This document shows positions 1 to 12,100 of a stretch of 64,000 bases of DNA, one piece after another (position 1 is the stretch's first letter; every line of letters begins with the position of its first letter). Position numbers and translations under genes: made by a program. Below the pieces are notes generated by a model. It saw nothing but the letters and a program-made list of their open reading frames with translations, searched no databases and was not told where the DNA came from. This DNA comes from Macrostomum hystrix (taxonomy: Eukaryota > Animalia > Platyhelminthes), in assembly GCA_950097015.1 (NCBI GenBank), contig CATNEN010000010.1:1612001-1676000 (forward strand), in the 5' to 3' direction.

Positions 1-150
1 CAGCTATTCCATTCGATTGGAACTGAATCAACAGCTATTCCATTCGATTGGAACTGAATCAACAGCTATTCCATTCGATTGGAACTGAATCAACAGCTAT
101 TCCATTCGATTGGAACTGAAGCAACAGCTATTCCATTCGATTGGAACTGA
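1..150. repeat. 31-bp tandem repeat (CAGCTATTCCATTCGATTGGAACTGAATCAA), truncated by window edge; probably intronic in the minus-strand gene at 183-282
   Basis: About 4.8 near-identical copies with period 31. Confidence 0.95.
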
Positions 151-182
151 AGCTAAAACACAATATAGTGCTGGTTACTCAC

Positions 183-282
183 CTGAAAGTGTCCACGCTG
201 ATAATGTTACTATAAAGAAACCAATGTACAATTTGGTCTGCAAGCTTGAATGCCTCCATTTGATGCACAAGCGTGCAAACAT
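183..282 (-). CDS. Probable first coding exon of a gene continuing off the left edge; N-terminal signal/type II membrane anchor
   Basis: TTTCAG acceptor (exon start 322), ATG at 282, MFARLCIKWRHSSLQTKLYIGFFIVTLSAWTLS-G, then a strong CAG|GTGAGT donor after 183 (phase 1). Basic N-terminus followed by a hydrophobic stretch. No family recognisable. Confidence 0.5.
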
Positions 283-1970
283 GGTGAATGTATGTGCTGA
301 TTGACCTGCTGATATAATAATTCTGAAAGAGGAATGAAACTTATCTCACAGTTGAAACTTTATTATTGTTATGGTTGCTTTTGATTTTTACTTAGATCAT
401 AAGAACTAGATTTGTTGGTGCTTTGGAATTAGAAAAAAAAGATCACTAAACATGGAAAAAATTTAAGAGAAAAAAATTTTAATGAGAAAAGGGATAAGTC
501 ACCAGCTATCTACATGAAACTTTGATTCATATGCCTTAAAAGAAAACTTAACAAACTAACCTGTAAACTTTAGATAGTAAAATAACACAAAGATCTACAA
601 AATAGCTGTATGTGCACTCTCATAGATTTTTATACAAGTCATGTTATGTCAATGATAGCTATTCTATTAAATTAGCTATCTTTCCATATTAAATATTCTA
701 CATTCCTTTTAATTTTTAATCTATGTAGTATGCAGTAGGCCTACAGCAATGTGCACTGCACTGCAGCTTGATGCTCTACTTCATAGACCTACACATATTT
801 CTATGTATCACCTAGTTATACAACATAATATTACAAATATTAAATTCATTATTAATTTAAAAAAATTAATTACTATAACAGTAGCAACTATATAGCTATA
901 ATAAAAGTACAACAAATTTCAAAATTTAAGATTTTAATGCAACCAAGTAAGTTAATTTTTTTGGCTGTTAGTTTTGCCAAACTATTTAGCTAATTTGTTA
1001 ATTCAAACAATTTAGGCCAAATTAAGAATATTTAGCTAACATATTTTGAGCCATTAAATTTGCTAGTCTATAGTCTCTATAGATTCAAGACACTATTATA
1101 TAATATATATATGTGAAAATAAGACTTTTATAAACAAAGCTATATAAAAACAATGGAGCTTTATGTTGGGCATGCTGTACTAAGATAAACGGATTTGTAC
1201 TTGCTCCAGATCAAAAGCAATAGTTGATTATGTGCTGAAAAATGACTTTTTCCTATCTCCGCAGTGTATTTTTTTCCAGCAAATCGGCCTTCTAAAAATT
1301 TACACGATCTTTGAGTTTCCCGTCCTGTTATACTACAGTGGTCCTTGAGTAGAACATTGCCCAATATGCTTGTATATGTCCTTGGGCTTATTTTCTCTGC
1401 TAAGGCCTACAGTACAGCTACACAACCCTGGCAACTCTCAACCCAGTTACAATTTTCAAGTGGTTTCGACTGCCCACAGGCAGAGACAGAGGCCAATAAA
1501 AAGCTGGGCCTATTATAATTATGTTAAATGAGAACACAGAGAATACGTTCAGTTCAGATAGAATTACATCGAGGGTTCACGAACTCTAGCGAGAGCGAAC
1601 CTCAATATGATTGACGAACTAAAGCCCAAAACAAATCGCTATTGATTAAGTGATAAAGTGATGCATTGGCCTATAGCCGAGACATGCAACAACTTGTTTA
1701 GACGTTCTATACGTCTAGAACAAATAATGGGAAGTAGTTAACGCACGTGTGTCTCGTGTGAAAAAGGACCACCCATTTTTTAGATTTTGGATTTTTGTGC
1801 ATTTAAACTGCATAGTGGCTGTGAATACTTTTATTAACTTTTCAGAACTTATAGATCTTCTACTTCTTTGCTTTTGATACGAGAGCTTTGCTTTACTGTG
1901 GAAATCTTTTGAATATATTTTTTTCTATGAAACTGGGTGTAGTATGTAACCATATGTTATTCTACCACCC

Positions 1971-2125
1971 CCTCCCTTCATTTCTGTTCCCTCGATTCCT
2001 CTTCTATTTCATCCATTCCTCGTTCCTATCATTCGCCAGCTTCACTTTCTCCCTTTGGCCAAACCCAGTAATGCTGAGCGCTTCACCTTAATTGTTTTTT
2101 TCCTGTCAGCCTACAACAAGATCGT
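1971..2125 (+). pseudogene. Diverged partial duplicate of xylose isomerase intron 5 3' end plus the start of exon 6
   Basis: Aligns by eye to ~4622-4778: CTCCCTTCATTTCyGTTCCCTCGATTCCTC ... TTTGGCCmAACCCAGTAA ... TGCTGAG ... ACCTTAATT ... CAGC(C/A)TACAA(C/G)AAG. Confidence 0.75.
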
Positions 2126-2656
2126 TTGCAAACTGTGTATTCCTTGGAATATGCCTTAGGTTAGGTATATGCCTTAGAATTAACTAAGTATAATAAAAAA
2201 ACACTGAATGTGCGCACACTGTATTATTAAGCGTTAGTGAAACCGATTTGTGCTTTTTAGGCAGGGAAAAGTTCAAACTTAAAGATGGATTATTTAGGCC
2301 TATTATTTTGTCTCAATGCAACAAGCCTTAATTTATTCGAAATTGGCCAATCTTACTTCATTTTTTAGATTTTAAGCTTGTCCAACGTCGATTAAAATGT
2401 TTCTCGATAGCCAAAGTTATTAGGACACTTTAATCATAAAACTTGTATTAAATTGTACTGTGTATTACCAAGCATATAGATAAAAGTATTCTATATTTTC
2501 ACAAAAATGTTTTGTAAGCTTAACCAGAATGGAGTGCAGAAGCTCTCTTCTAGAAATAGCTAGCTAGAGCATGAAAAATACTATATAAACCATCTTTTTT
2601 TTCATTTTTTGTTTCTAAAGTGTGAATTACTTAATATCACATTTTCAGCTTTTTTA

Positions 2657-5600
2657 ATGGCTGAGAAGGTGGAATATTTCCCAGGTATGTGTATTAAAAT
2701 CTACTATTACTTTTTCCCTTTGAAGGTGCTATTTTCATAATTAGTTAGACACAAGCAAGCAATTGATATTCAAATTTTAGTATGTAGTTACATAGATACA
2801 TAAATAGCCCTAGTAAAATGTGCAATGCACAAAATTGTCTTTAACCTTTACTAAAAATTATAGTAAACTACATCTCATAATACTTTAGGCATTGGAAAAA
2901 TTGAGTATCGCCCAGATGCACCACCAAGTGACACACTCTGCTTCAAGTATTATAATCCAAAGGAGGTGATTGATTGTCCTTTAGCTACTGTGATGTGATT
3001 TTCCATTTTTGTTTTTTTGAATCACAAAAGCAAAGTTTCTCTAATCTCTGCCCTAGGTGATCCTCGGCAAGCCAATGTCTGAATGGCTCCGCTTCTCAGT
3101 TGTGTTCTGGCACACCTTCCGTGGCACCGGCCTCGATCCATTCGGCTTGCCAACTCTCAACCGCGCCTGGAATCACCAGCCCGAAACTGTCCAGGTTGGT
3201 GGAAGCAGAAGCTGGTACCACCAAGTCCTGGCCCGCTAATTTCATAAGAGAATGAAAGAAAATATGCCTAAACTATTTCTCACAGGATGCCAAGCAGCGC
3301 CTGGACGCAGCCTTCGAGTTCTTTACCAAGCTAGGCGTGCAGTTTTACACGTTTCACGATCGCGACATCGCCCCGGAGGGTGCCAGTTTGGCTGAGACCA
3401 ACGCCAATTTGGACGCCGTTGTTGAGCACGCCCTGGAGCTGCAGCGGAGCAGTGGAGTTCAGCTGCTCTGGGCCACCTGCAATCTGTTCTCGCATCCCCG
3501 CTACATGCACGGCGCGGCCACCAGCCCCCTGGCCGAAGTGTTTGCCTACGCTGGCGCCCAGGTGTGTCATCCACCTCCTGTTATTTGCGTGCACTGCCTT
3601 TAAGACCTTCACGATGTAGCTAATATCTATAGCTTAATAGAACGATGTTCATTTTTAATATTCTCTGCACGCACAGGTGAAGAAAGGCCTGGAAGTTGCC
3701 AAGAAGCTGGGCGCACTCAACTACGTGTTCTGGGGCGGCCGGGAAGGCTACTCAAGCCTGCTCAGCACCCGCCTCAGGGAGGAGCTGGATCACATGGCGC
3801 AATTCTTTCGCATGGTTGTTGGTGAGGCTTCCTCATCCTTCCTTCTGCTCTCTATATTTCCTTCCCCCTTCCTCTTCCACTCCCTCTCTTCATGTTTCGT
3901 TTCCTCCCTTCATTACCGTTCCCTCCCGTCATCTTCCATTCCCTCCCTTCATCTTCCAATCCCTCCCTTCATCTTCCATTCCCTCGCGTCATCTTCCATT
4001 CCCTCCCTTCATCTTCCAATCCCTCCCTTCATCTTCCATTCCCTCCCTTCATCTTCCAATCCCTCCCTTCATCTTCCATTCCCTCGCGTCATCTTCCATT
4101 CCCTCCCTTCATCTTCCAATCCCTCCCTTCATCTTCCATTCCCTCCCTTCATCTTCCATTCCCTCCCTTCTTCTTCCATTCCCTCCCTTCATCTTCCATT
4201 CCCTCCCTTCTTCTTCCAATCCCTCCCTTCATCTTCCAATCCCTCCCTTCATCTTCCATTCTCTCCATTCAGTTTCCATTCCCTCCCTTCATCTTCCATT
4301 CTCTCCATTCAGTTTCCATTCCCTCCCTTCTTCTTCCATTCCCTCCATTCATCTTCCATTCCCTCCATTCATCTTCCATTCTCTGCATTCATCTTCCATT
4401 CCCTCCCTTCATCTTCCATTCCCTCCCTTCATCTTCCATTCCCTCCCTTCATCTTCCATTCCCTCCCTTCATCTTCCATTCCCTCCCTTCATCTTCCATT
4501 CTCTCCATTCATCTTCCATTCTCTCCCTTCATCTTCCATTCCCTCCCTTCATCTTCCATTCCCTCCCTTCATCTTCCATTCCCTCCCTTCATCTTCCAAT
4601 CCCTCGATTCCTCTTCCGTTTTCTCCCTTCATTTCCGTTCCCTCGATTCCTCATCCATTCTATTCCTCCTTCCTGCCATGTGCCAGCTCCACCTCTCTAT
4701 TTTGGCCCAACCCAGTAACCCCTTGCTGAGTGTTTGACCTTAATTATTCCTTCCAGCATACAAGAAGAAGATCGGTTTCACCGGCCAGCTGCTGATTGAG
4801 CCAAAGCCGAAGGAGCCGACCTCGCACCAGTACGACTATGGTGAGTTGCGATCCCCAGCATTTAAGAGCAAAAGGACTCAAACTCGAACTCAGTCGATCC
4901 CCTACTCGCGATGCCGCAGACGCCATGACCGTCATCGGCTTCCTGCGCACCTACGGCCTCCAGGACGAGTTCAAGCTGAACATTGAGCCGAACCACACTA
5001 CCCTGGCCGGCCACTGCCACGAGCACGACATCGCCATGGCCAGCGCCTTCGGCTGTCTGGGCAGTGTGGACGCCAACACCGGCAGCCCGGAGCTTGGCTG
5101 GGACACGGACCAGTTCCCAATGTCCGTGCGCGACTGCGCTGCCGTCATGCGCTGCGTGCTGACCCAGGGCGGCCTGGCGCCGGGCGGCCTGAACTTCGAC
5201 TGCAAAGTGCGCAGGGAGAGCACCGACCTCGCCGACATGTTCGTCGCCCACATCGGCGCCATGGACACCTTCGCCAGGGGACTCCGCTGCGCCGCCAAAA
5301 TGCAACAGGACAGCGTGCTGGATGGCATGCTGGCCAGGCGCTACGCCTCCTTCAAAGACACCGGCATCGGCAGGAGCATCGCCGACGGGACCGCCACGCT
5401 GGAGAGCCTGGAGGTTGGCTCGGTGCTTGCTTGACCTGGGAGATTCAGGCCTAGGATTAGACCTACTCAGGCCTAGGATTAGACCTACTCAGGCCGTGGA
5501 TTAGACCTACTCAGGCCTAGGATTAGATCTACTCAGGCCTAGGATTATACCTACTCAGGCCTAGGATTAGATCTACTCAGGCCTAGGATTATACCTACTC

Positions 5601-6031
5601 AGGCCTAGGATTATACCTACTCAGGCCGTGGATTAGACCTACTCAGGCCTAGGATTAGATCTACTCAGGCCTAGGATTAGATCTACTCAGGCCGTGGATT
5701 AGACCTACTCAGGCCTAGGATTAGATCTACTCAGGCCTAGGATTATACCTACTCAGGCCTTGGATTATACCTACTCAGGCCTTGGATTGCAGAGATTCAT
5801 GTTTTTGAGATCTTCAGCTACAGATTAAACTTTAAAATCCAATTGTTTTGAGTTGCAAGATTCAGGCCTTTGGAGCGTGATATTCAGCCGTGAGATCGAA
5901 CACTCCCAGTATCATTTTTTTTATTATGCTATTTTCATATCATCCAGGCCTTCACCATGGAGCACGGGGAGCCGAAGATCCCCTCAGGTCAGCAGGAGAC
6001 CTTCGAGGTGGTGTTCAATCGCTACCTGTGA
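2657..6031 (+). CDS. xylA: Xylose isomerase, class II (D-xylose ketol-isomerase), 8 exons, 441 aa
   Basis: Exons 2657-2684, 2889-2965, 3057-3194, 3286-3561, 3677-3821, 4757-4840, 4920-5413, 5948-6031. All introns GT-AG with compatible phases; 1326 nt. Family motifs: [102 protein letters not shown]. Confidence 0.96.
3836..4620. repeat. 20-bp polypyrimidine minisatellite (CCCTCCCTTCATCTTCCATT) in xylA intron 5
   Basis: About 38 copies with period 20; almost purely C/T on the + strand. Confidence 0.95.
5447..5788. repeat. 22-bp minisatellite (TCAGGCCTAGGATTAGACCTAC) in xylA intron 7
   Basis: About 15 copies with period 22. Confidence 0.95.
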
Positions 6032-6267
6032 GTGCCGGCTGCGTCTTGAGCTCTTGAGCTGATGATTTTTGAGCAAGAAAAATACTGCTTTTCCAATAGA
6101 AATTTTTTATTCTGGCTGCAAAATTTTGCGTTCAGCCCCATCGGTTTCTAATTGTGTGCATCATCTTGGAGAGAAATTTCAAATTCAGTTTTTTCTCTTT
6201 CTGTTTACTCTAGTTTTCAGTGAAAAGGCGCCGCAGAATCGAATGGAAATCAAACGAGCAGTTTTCC

Positions 6268-6840
6268 ATCAACTGGGAAATCCCATCAACTGGGAAATCC
6301 TTTCAACTGGGAAATCCCATCAACTGGGAAATCCTATAAACTGTAAAATACCATCAACTGGGAAATCCCATCAACTGGGAAATCCCATCAACTGGGAAAT
6401 CCCATCAACTGGGAAATCCCATCGACTGGGAAATCCCATCAACTGGGAAATCCCATAAACTGGGAAATCCTATCAACTGGGAAATCCCATCAACTGGGAA
6501 ATCCCATCAACTGGGAAATCCCATCAACTGGGAAATCCTATCAACTGTAAAATCCCATAAACTAGGAAATCCCATCAACGGGGAAATCCTATCAACTGGG
6601 AAATTCTATCAAATGTGAAATCCCATCAACTGGGAAATCCCATCAACTGGTAAATCCCATCAACTGGGAAATCACATCAACTGGGAAATCACATCAACTG
6701 GGAAATCACATCAACTGGGAAATCACATCAACTGGGAAATTTCATCAACTTAGAAATCCCATTAACTAAGAAATCCCATCAACTGGGAAATCCCATCAAC
6801 TGGGAAATCACATCAACTGGGAAATCCCATTAACTAGGAA
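6268..6840. repeat. 17-bp minisatellite (CATCAACTGGGAAATCC) downstream of xylA stop
   Basis: About 33 copies with period 17. Confidence 0.95.
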
Positions 6841-7573
6841 AGTCTTGTGAAAAGGGATTTTAAATTAAACGCGTTTTCCGATTTTTTTTCGAATTTCATA
6901 AAAACAATGTCCCAATTTGTAGGATTTCTCCGTTTGTGGTGGATCTCGGGAACAAGAAAATCATGAAAATCAGAAATTTTTTAGGAAATATAAATATAAA
7001 AAGGGAAATTCCATGAAATAAAGAAATACCTTAAGCGAAATTTTCAAATTGTGTCGTAAAATGGCGTAATCTGGATTCTGAAAGAACTATTTTCAGTGTT
7101 CGGCTTCGGCCCTGCGCCGCCTTTTGCTAAAGGCAATTATGGTAGAAATCTTGCTGCGTCAAATTTCTTTAAATTCGATCATGGAAGCTCCTCAATACTT
7201 TTAACGTACGCTGATTAATTATTATACAATAAACAGTTTTTTGTCTCGGTGAATTCTGCAGAAACTGTATTGAAACTCGCAGGTGTCAAATTTCACACGA
7301 GCATTGTGCGGAGGGAATCCAGTTAAGCCAGGGTCGGTATCTGAGCCAGCGAATTGTGTTTAATTAATAATAATATTATAGTCAGTTCGATTAAGTACAT
7401 TATTTAATACAAGCAAATTTCGATTAGTAAAATCCGAGTGCTACAAGTGTGCACACCGCACACCAAATGCGAGAACATGTGTGCACAGTTTAAAAGTCTC
7501 GCTACATGCAAAGTACATATGCACAAGGAACGGAATGTTGGCAACTGTTGCAGTTCATTCTGTCTGTGAGCGG

Positions 7574-9094
7574 GTCATAGAAGGGCGATTCTCTCAATCA
7601 TTCAAGGGCGGTTCTGTCCGTCATGGAAGGGCGGTTCTCTCAGTCATTAAGGGGCGGTTCTCTCAGTCACTCAAGGGCGGTTCTGTCCGTCATGGAAGGG
7701 CGGTTCTCTCAGTCATTAAGGGGCGGTTCTCTCAGTCATTCAAGGGCGGTTCTGTCCGTCATGGAAGGGCGGTTCTCTCAGTCATTCAAGGGCGGTTCTG
7801 TCCGTCATGGAAGGGCGGTTCTCTCAGTCATTAAGGGGCGGTTCTCTCAGTCATTCAAGGGCGGTTCTGTCCGTCATGGAAGGGCGGTTCTCTCAGTCAT
7901 TCAAGGGCGGTTCTGTCCGTCATGGAAGGGCGGTTCTCTCAGTCATTCAAGGGCGGTTCTGTCCGTCATGGAAGGGCGGTTCTCTCAGTCATGGAAGGGC
8001 GGTTCTCTCAGTCATTAAGGGGCGGTTCTCTCAGTCATTAAGGGGCGGTTCTCTCAGTCATTCAAGGGCGGTTCTGTCCGTCATGGAAGGGCGGTTCTCT
8101 CAGTCATTAAGGGGCGGTTCTCTCAGTCATTCAAGGGCGGTTCTGTCCGTCATGGAAGGGCGGTTCTCTCAGTCATTAAGGGGCGGTTCTCTCAGTCATT
8201 AAGGGGCGGTTCTCTCAGTCATTCAAGGGCGGTTCTCTCAGTCATTCAAGGGCGGTTCTGTCCGTCATGGAAGGGCGGTTCTCTCAGTCATGGAAGGGCG
8301 GTTCTCTCAGTCATTCAAGGGCGGTTCTGTCCGTCATGGAAGGGCGGTTCTGTCCGTCATGGAAGGGCGGTTCTCTCAGTCATTAAGGGGCGGTTCTCTC
8401 AGTCATTCAAGGGCGGTTCTGTCCGTCATGGAAGGGCGGTTCTCTCAGTCATGCAAGGGCGGTTCTGTCCGTCATGGAAGGGCGGTTCTCTCAGTCATTA
8501 AGGGGCGGTTCTCTCAGTCATGGAAGGGCGGTTCTCTCAGTCATGGAAGGGCGGTTCTCTCAGTCATTAAGGGGCGGTTCTCTCACTCATGGAAGGGCGG
8601 TTCTCTCAGTCATGGAAGGGCGGTTCTCTCAGTCATGGAAGGGCGGTTCTGTCAGTCATTAAGGGTCGGTTCTCTCAGTCATTAAGGGGCGGTTCTCTCA
8701 GTCATGGAAGGGCGGATCTCTCAGTCATGGAAGGGCGGTTCTCTCACTCATGGAAGGGCGGTTCTCTCAGTCATGGAGGGGCGGTTCTCTCAGTCATTAA
8801 GGGGCGGTTCTCTCAGTCATAAAGGGGCGGTTCTCTCAGTCATAAAGGGGCGGTTCTCTCAGTCATGGAAGGGCGGTTCTCTCAGTCATTAAGGGGCGGT
8901 TCTATCAGTCATTCAAGGGCGGTTCTGTCCGTCATGAAAGTTCGGTTCTCTCAGTCATGGAAGGGCGGTTCTGTCCGTCATGGAAGGGCGGTTCTCTCAG
9001 TCATAAAGGGGCGGTTCTCTCAGTCATGGAAGGGCGGTTCTCTCAGTCATGGAAGGGCGGTTCTCTCAGTCATGGAAGGGCGGTTCTCTCAGTC
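7574..9094. repeat. 23-bp minisatellite with three interleaved variants (GGAAGGGCGGTTCTCTCAGTCAT / TAAGGGGCGG... / TCAAGGGCGGTTCTGTCCGTCAT)
   Basis: About 66 copies. Begins ~21 nt after the stop codon of the minus-strand LRR-Ig-FN3 gene. Confidence 0.95.
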
Positions 9095-9115
9095 ACAGGG
9101 GCAGGAATGCCGCAG

Positions 9116-12100
9116 CTACCAGGCAGCAGAGTCGGACTGTCGCAGCAAACTGACTTGCGAATCCGCCCTACGCGCAGCAGTGGATAGTGCCGGGCCGCTG
9201 TACAGCACCTTCAGCTGCATGGCACCGCGGCTGCCGGAGCTCCGCGCACCGTCTGTGTCACGCACGCCCACAGTGGAGTAGCGGTACTGGGCGCGGCTGT
9301 GTCGCAGCTTCTTGCAATTGCGCTGATAGAGCAGGGCCACCAAGCAGCAGAGGAATAGAAGGCCGAATGCCATGCCCATCATGGCATAGATGGTGCTGTG
9401 GTGAGCAAGCCTGTAAAGACAGCCGTGCAATCACCGATATTATTTTTGGGCCATATATACGCGGTGGTCATTTGGGGGTGGTGCTTTTTGCTTCCAATCG
9501 TCGATTTGAGGTATGGATCCACTGGTTTGGGCTTAATGTTTCGAGAAACTACTCGTATTTAGATCAGTGAATGGAAGACTGTGGACGTGGGTTTGGGGTG
9601 GGCATGCAGTGAAGCCAATCAGCTCAACGCATGGGGGAATTCAGGGGTTTTGCGTAGGAAAGCGGAGCAACCAACCAGCTTGGCACATAGGGCAGGGAAT
9701 TCAGGGGTTTTTGCGTAGGAAAGTGGAGCAACCAACCAGCTTGGCACATAGGGCAGGGAATTCAGGGGTTTTGCGTAGGAAAGCGGAGCAACCAACCAGC
9801 TTAACGCATGGGGCAGGGAATTCAGGGGTTTGAGGTGGATAAGCGGAGCAACCAACCAGCTTAACGCATGGGGCAGGGAATTCAGGGGTTTGAGGTGGAT
9901 AAGCGGAGCAACCAACCAGCTTAACGCATGGGGCAGGGAATTCAGGGGTTTGAGGTGGATAAGCGGAGCAACCAACCAGCTTAACGCATGGGGCAGGGAA
10001 TTCAGGGGTTTGAGGTGGATAAGCGGAGCAATCAACCAGCTTAACGCATGGGGCAGTGAATTCAGAGACTGGGTTGGGGGTCCGTAGTTGCTAACTAAAT
10101 ACATCAGCAGATCATCCGGTGCTTGTGCATAGCAGTATCGGTTGCAACCAAAGGTGTCAAATTTATCATCACCTGTAAATACCGTGTCCGTAGAGCCTCT
10201 GCAGACTGGCGCTGCCGCCACCAGCCCGCTCGGTTGTCACTCTGTGCCGCGTGCGCATTGTGACGCAGCGACCGTCAGGAAAGGCGGCAGTGTCGGTGGC
10301 GTCATTCGCTTGCATCGCAGCTGACGGTGGCGGAGGCCGGTCGTCATCAGTTCCGGCTGCCGCAGCGTGCAGCAGGCAGAGTTGGTAGTGACTGCCCGGC
10401 CGGAGGCCGAAGACCGTCAGGGCATGCCAGCCAGTTCGGATGTGACGCCATTCGGTGAACCTGCCGTCGGCGTGCGGCACGCCGTGGGTGGAGACCTTCA
10501 ACGTGGGTTAGGATTTGCGGAGCTGGCGTGAATTTGTGATTTCAGACACTTATCTGACCTATTCCAAAGAGCCAAGATGCACGTCCTCAGTATAATACTC
10601 ATAGTAGAAATGTGAGCGAATCGAATCTCTATTTCCCGTTTGCCAGTTTCTGACCTGCCTCCATCCGACCACATAGTGCTGCGCCGCCACATCGGAGTCG
10701 GGACCGGCCCAGCTAACAGTCAGGCTCTCCTCAGCGACTCTCAATGGCAGAAGCCGCAGCCGCCTGGCGTGGACCAGCAGGCGATAGGCCAGGCCAGCTC
10801 CGCCAGCCGAGTTCTCGGCCGAGCAGGCGTACAGGCCGCTGTCCGAGAGGCGCGCGTTGTCGAGCTCCAACCGGCTGCCTCCGTCAGCGCTGAGGCTCCA
10901 TCGACGAAGCTGAAGTCGACTCGGCTGGACCAGCGTCGGCGACACCGTCCAGCGGATGTCCGGCCGCGGCCGGCCCGTCGCCAGGCACTCGAGGCGGGCG
11001 GCATCGCCGGCGCCCAGGTGCAGCGTCCGCGATGGGGACAGCGGGTGGAAGATGCGCGGCGGACAGCCCAGCGAATCACCAACTGTTCGCAGATGTGGGG
11101 GAAGTTTTGGATTAAAGAAGCAATCGGAAATCCTATTATCGAGAGATCCCAGTGTATATAAATCCCCGTATCGGGAAATCCCAGCATCGGGAAATCCCAG
11201 CATCGGGAAATCCCAGTATAGGGAAATCCTAGTATGGGGAAATAACTGCATCGGAAATTCAGAGCATCGGGAAACCCCATCATCGGGTAACGAATCGGCC
11301 AGCCTCGCCAACGACAGCCTCGCCAAGGCCGGTTCGACGGGCTCGCTTTTTGGGCTCGACGGAACCGCAGGGACATCAGGGCAGTCACCATGGCCCTCTG
11401 TGGCCACGGCTGTTTCGCCAGGCACCGCTTCCTGCAAGGCAAAATCCGCAGTGAGGAGTGCCCTTTCTGCCTCTCCTATGTTGAGGATGCAGAGCATTTT
11501 ATTTGCGCCTGTCCCGCCTTCACTCAGGACAGGCTCACCTATCTCGGCCCAAACCCGGATCTCCCCGACGTTTTCAGGCCTGAGAACATCTGCCAGCTCA
11601 TCCGTTACCTAAGGAGCACCGGGCGAGCGACGCTCCACCTCCTGGACTCTCCGGAGGAGGACCACGCTGTGGACGCCGGCATCACCGGATCCCCCTGCGC
11701 GACACCGCAGCTTTAGTTGCCCGTGGTCGCCAGGGGATAGCGGAATAGGCGCAACGCCTCCCCGGGAGATCGGGAAATCCCAGCATCGGGAAATCCCAGC
11801 ATCGGGAAATCCCAGCATCGGGAAATCCCAGCATCGGGAAATCCCAGCATCGGGAAATCCCAGCATCGGGAAATCCCAGCATCGGGAAATCCCAGCATCG
11901 GGAAATCCCAGCGTCGGGAAATCCCAGCATCGGGAAATTCCAGCATCGTGAAATCCCAGCATCGGGAAATCCCAGCATCGGGAAATCCCAGCATCGGGAA
12001 ATCCCAACATCGGGAAATCCCAGCATCGGGAAATTCCAGCATCGGGAAATCCCAGCATCGGGAAATCCCAGCATCGGGAAATCCCAGCATCGGGAAATCC

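Noticed and set aside
3677-4737. Long Pro/Ser/Phe-rich ORFs in three frames
   Set aside because: Read-through of the 20-bp pyrimidine repeat; the same peptide cycles through all frames; a donor at 3822 splices xylA correctly.
2657-6031. Bacterial contamination or a recent prokaryotic insert explaining xylA
   Set aside because: Seven GT-AG introns with host-type minisatellites, and flanking metazoan genes.
7481-9281. Series of MEGRFSQS... ORFs
   Set aside because: Products of the 23-bp repeat, whose period is not a multiple of 3.
9619-10221. 200-aa minus-strand ORF with a protein-like start (GDDKFDTFGCNRYC) and 20-aa repeats
   Set aside because: Different frame from exon 3 and runs through the 60-bp array; the 10173-9410 splice gives a complete receptor with a TM domain.
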